Assembly: GCA_041492755.1 (NCBI GenBank)
Contig: JBGPXN010000008.1
Coordinates: 1 to 54,627 of the forward strand
Origin: Candidatus Methylomirabilia bacterium
GTDB lineage: Bacteria; Methylomirabilota; Methylomirabilia; Rokubacteriales; CSP1-6
Length of the DNA stretch: 54,627 nt
Direction of reading: 5' to 3'
This document shows positions 53,262 through 54,627 of the stretch, in pieces. The notes under the pieces were generated by a model. The model did not search any database. It was given only the letters and a program-made list of their open reading frames with translations, and had not been told where the DNA came from. The stretch's first letter is position 1, and every line of letters begins with the position of its first letter. A program made the translations under genes and the position numbers.

Positions 53262-54443
53262 ATGACCCCCCGCACTGCACGCCTCGCCACCATTGGCGTC
53301 ATCGTTTTCGCCTGCCTTGGCGCAGGGTTCTGGGCTCATGCGCTCTGGATCGGGCGGCCGACTCCGGCGCCGACGGGCAGTCCGTCCCCGATGATCACTG
53401 CCGATGCGCTCCAGGCCGCGTTCGTCGCCGTGGCCGAGCGCGTTCGACCCGCGGTCGTACACGTTGGCACCGTTCAGGTTGCCCGGCTGAGACGTCCGCC
53501 GGGTGACCAAGCGCCGCCGATCGAAGACCCGCTCCTGAAGGACTTCTTCGACCAGTTTTTCGGTCCCCGGGGACCGCGCCAGCGCGGGGAGTTCCATCAA
53601 CCCGGCCTCGGCTCGGGCGTCATCATCGACAAGCGCGGCTACGTGCTGACGAATTTCCACGTCATCAAGGGCGCGGACGCCGTGACGCTACGGCTGTCGT
53701 CCAAACAGGAGTACCGGGGACGCATCGTCGGCACTGATCCGAAAACCGACCTGGCGATCGTTCGGTTCGACCCCGAAGCCCCACTCACGGTGGCGACCCT
53801 TGGCAACTCCGACGGCCTGCGCGTGGGTGAGTGGGCCATTGCCATCGGCAACCCGTTCGGGCTCGACCAGACCGTCACTGTCGGCGTGGTCAGCGCCACC
53901 GGCCGCGCCGACGTCGGAATCGCCAGCTACGAGAACTTCATCCAGACCGACGCCTCGATCAATCCGGGCAACTCGGGCGGGCCGCTCGTCAATCTGAGAG
54001 GCGAGGTGATCGGCATCAACACGGCGATCGTCGCGACCGGTCAGGGTATCGGCTTCGCCATTCCCGCCAACATGGTCAAGCGTGTGATGGGACAGCTCAT
54101 CGACCGCGGCAAGGTGATCCGGGGCTGGCTCGGGGTCTCACTGCAGCCACTGACGCCCGAGCTCGCCCAGGCCCTGGGGCTCAAGTCGACTCAAGGCGCG
54201 GTCGTCGCGCGCGTCCAATCCGGCAGCCCGGCCGCGAGCATCGGGCTGCAGGCGAACGACGTCATCGTGAGCTTCGACGGCGCCCCGGTCGAGGACTACC
54301 ACCACCTCCAGCGCCTTGCCGCAGACGCCGAGGTCGGAAGGTCGGTGAAGCTCGAGATCGTTCGCGACAAGGAACGCAAGACCGTCGACCTCAAGATCGC
54401 GGAAGCCCCCGACAGCCCCGGAGCGCCGAGCGCACCCCGCTAG
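53262..54443 (+). CDS. HtrA/DegP-family serine protease with one PDZ domain
   Basis: N-terminal TM, GSGVII, TNFHV, DLA, IQTDASINPGNSGGPL and a C-terminal PDZ domain. Confidence 0.95.
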   Translation: MTPRTARLATIGVIVFACLGAGFWAHALWIGRPTPAPTGSPSPMITADALQAAFVAVAERVRPAVVHVGTVQVARLRRPPGDQAPPIEDPLLKDFFDQFFGPRGPRQRGEFHQPGLGSGVIIDKRGYVLTNFHVIKGADAVTLRLSSKQEYRGRIVGTDPKTDLAIVRFDPEAPLTVATLGNSDGLRVGEWAIAIGNPFGLDQTVTVGVVSATGRADVGIASYENFIQTDASINPGNSGGPLVNLRGEVIGINTAIVATGQGIGFAIPANMVKRVMGQLIDRGKVIRGWLGVSLQPLTPELAQALGLKSTQGAVVARVQSGSPAASIGLQANDVIVSFDGAPVEDYHHLQRLAADAEVGRSVKLEIVRDKERKTVDLKIAEAPDSPGAPSAPR

Positions 54444-54492
54444 CCTGGACTATTCGTGAACGCGCGACGCGTTCACGAATAGTCCAGGCTAG
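54440..54492. repeat. Perfect 25-bp inverted repeat bounded by CTAG (MITE-like or terminator-like)
   Basis: CTAGCCTGGACTATTCGTGAACGCG-cga-CGCGTTCACGAATAGTCCAGGCTAG; includes the protease stop codon TAG. Confidence 0.85.
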
Positions 54493-54494
54493 TG

Positions 54495-54560
54495 TCGAGG
54501 AGCGCCCCCGCTTTGCCGGGGCGCTACCAGGGGGGGGGGCCCTTTCGGGGCCCCCCACGT
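54495..54560 (+). repeat. Degenerate REP-like type A repeat
   Basis: TCGAGGAGCGCCCCCG-CTTTG-CCGGGGCGCT...GGGGGGCCC-TTTCG-GGGCCCCCCACGT. Confidence 0.7.
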
Positions 54561-54627
54561 AAAATTACACCAAACCCCACAAACGCGGGGTCGGGGGGGT
54601 TTAGAAGGCGGGCGGCGGCACCCCCCC

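Noticed and set aside
54561..54627. Homopolymer-rich terminal sequence, perhaps another repeat copy or a G-quadruplex
   Set aside because: Truncated at the window edge and looks like low-quality contig-end sequence
1..54627. tRNA, rRNA or a trp attenuator leader peptide
   Set aside because: No cloverleaf or rRNA-like segments in the short intergenic gaps, and no Trp-codon leader upstream of trpC or pncB

Overview
High-GC bacterial window (roughly 70% GC by eye). LptD implies a diderm envelope; gene and repeat style is reminiscent of Candidatus Rokubacteria/Methylomirabilota, but that is unverified inference. Nearly all genes are on the minus strand and translationally coupled. From right to left: (1) a divergent HtrA/DegP protease; (2) a ~35-kb surface-polysaccharide locus (17934-53088); (3) a small decayed toxin-antitoxin islet (16440-17640); (4) a housekeeping run: pncB-trpC-trpF-trpB-trpA-accD-folC-lptD, a DegT aminotransferase, a UbiA/DPPR-synthase-like gene, DUF362, gltX, a histidine phosphatase and a Na/Pi cotransporter. 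The polysaccharide locus opens with an unusual four-gene head: a multi-SLBB OPX exporter, a stand-alone ExeA-type ATPase, a degenerate HD-GYP protein, and a Wzc-like copolymerase with a degenerate Walker A' motif fused to an extra TM helix, a Pro/Ala linker and SPOR-like repeats. These are followed by a Wzy/O-antigen-ligase-like protein, KdsC, two GT-C-like membrane proteins, Wzm/Wzt, nine soluble glycosyltransferases, AsnB, a methyltransferase, a membrane-anchored PHP protein, WbqC, PIG-L, DegT, WecA, DUF2062 and GalU. The best candidate for an undescribed system is this OPX/ExeA/pseudo-HD-GYP/Wzc-SPOR export module. A second candidate is the UbiA-DUF362 pair as a lipid-linked pentose pathway. 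A family of two-hairpin REP-like repeats with covarying stems is scattered through the window, and two copies are translated as C-terminal tails. Family assignments come from motif recognition only; no database searches were run.
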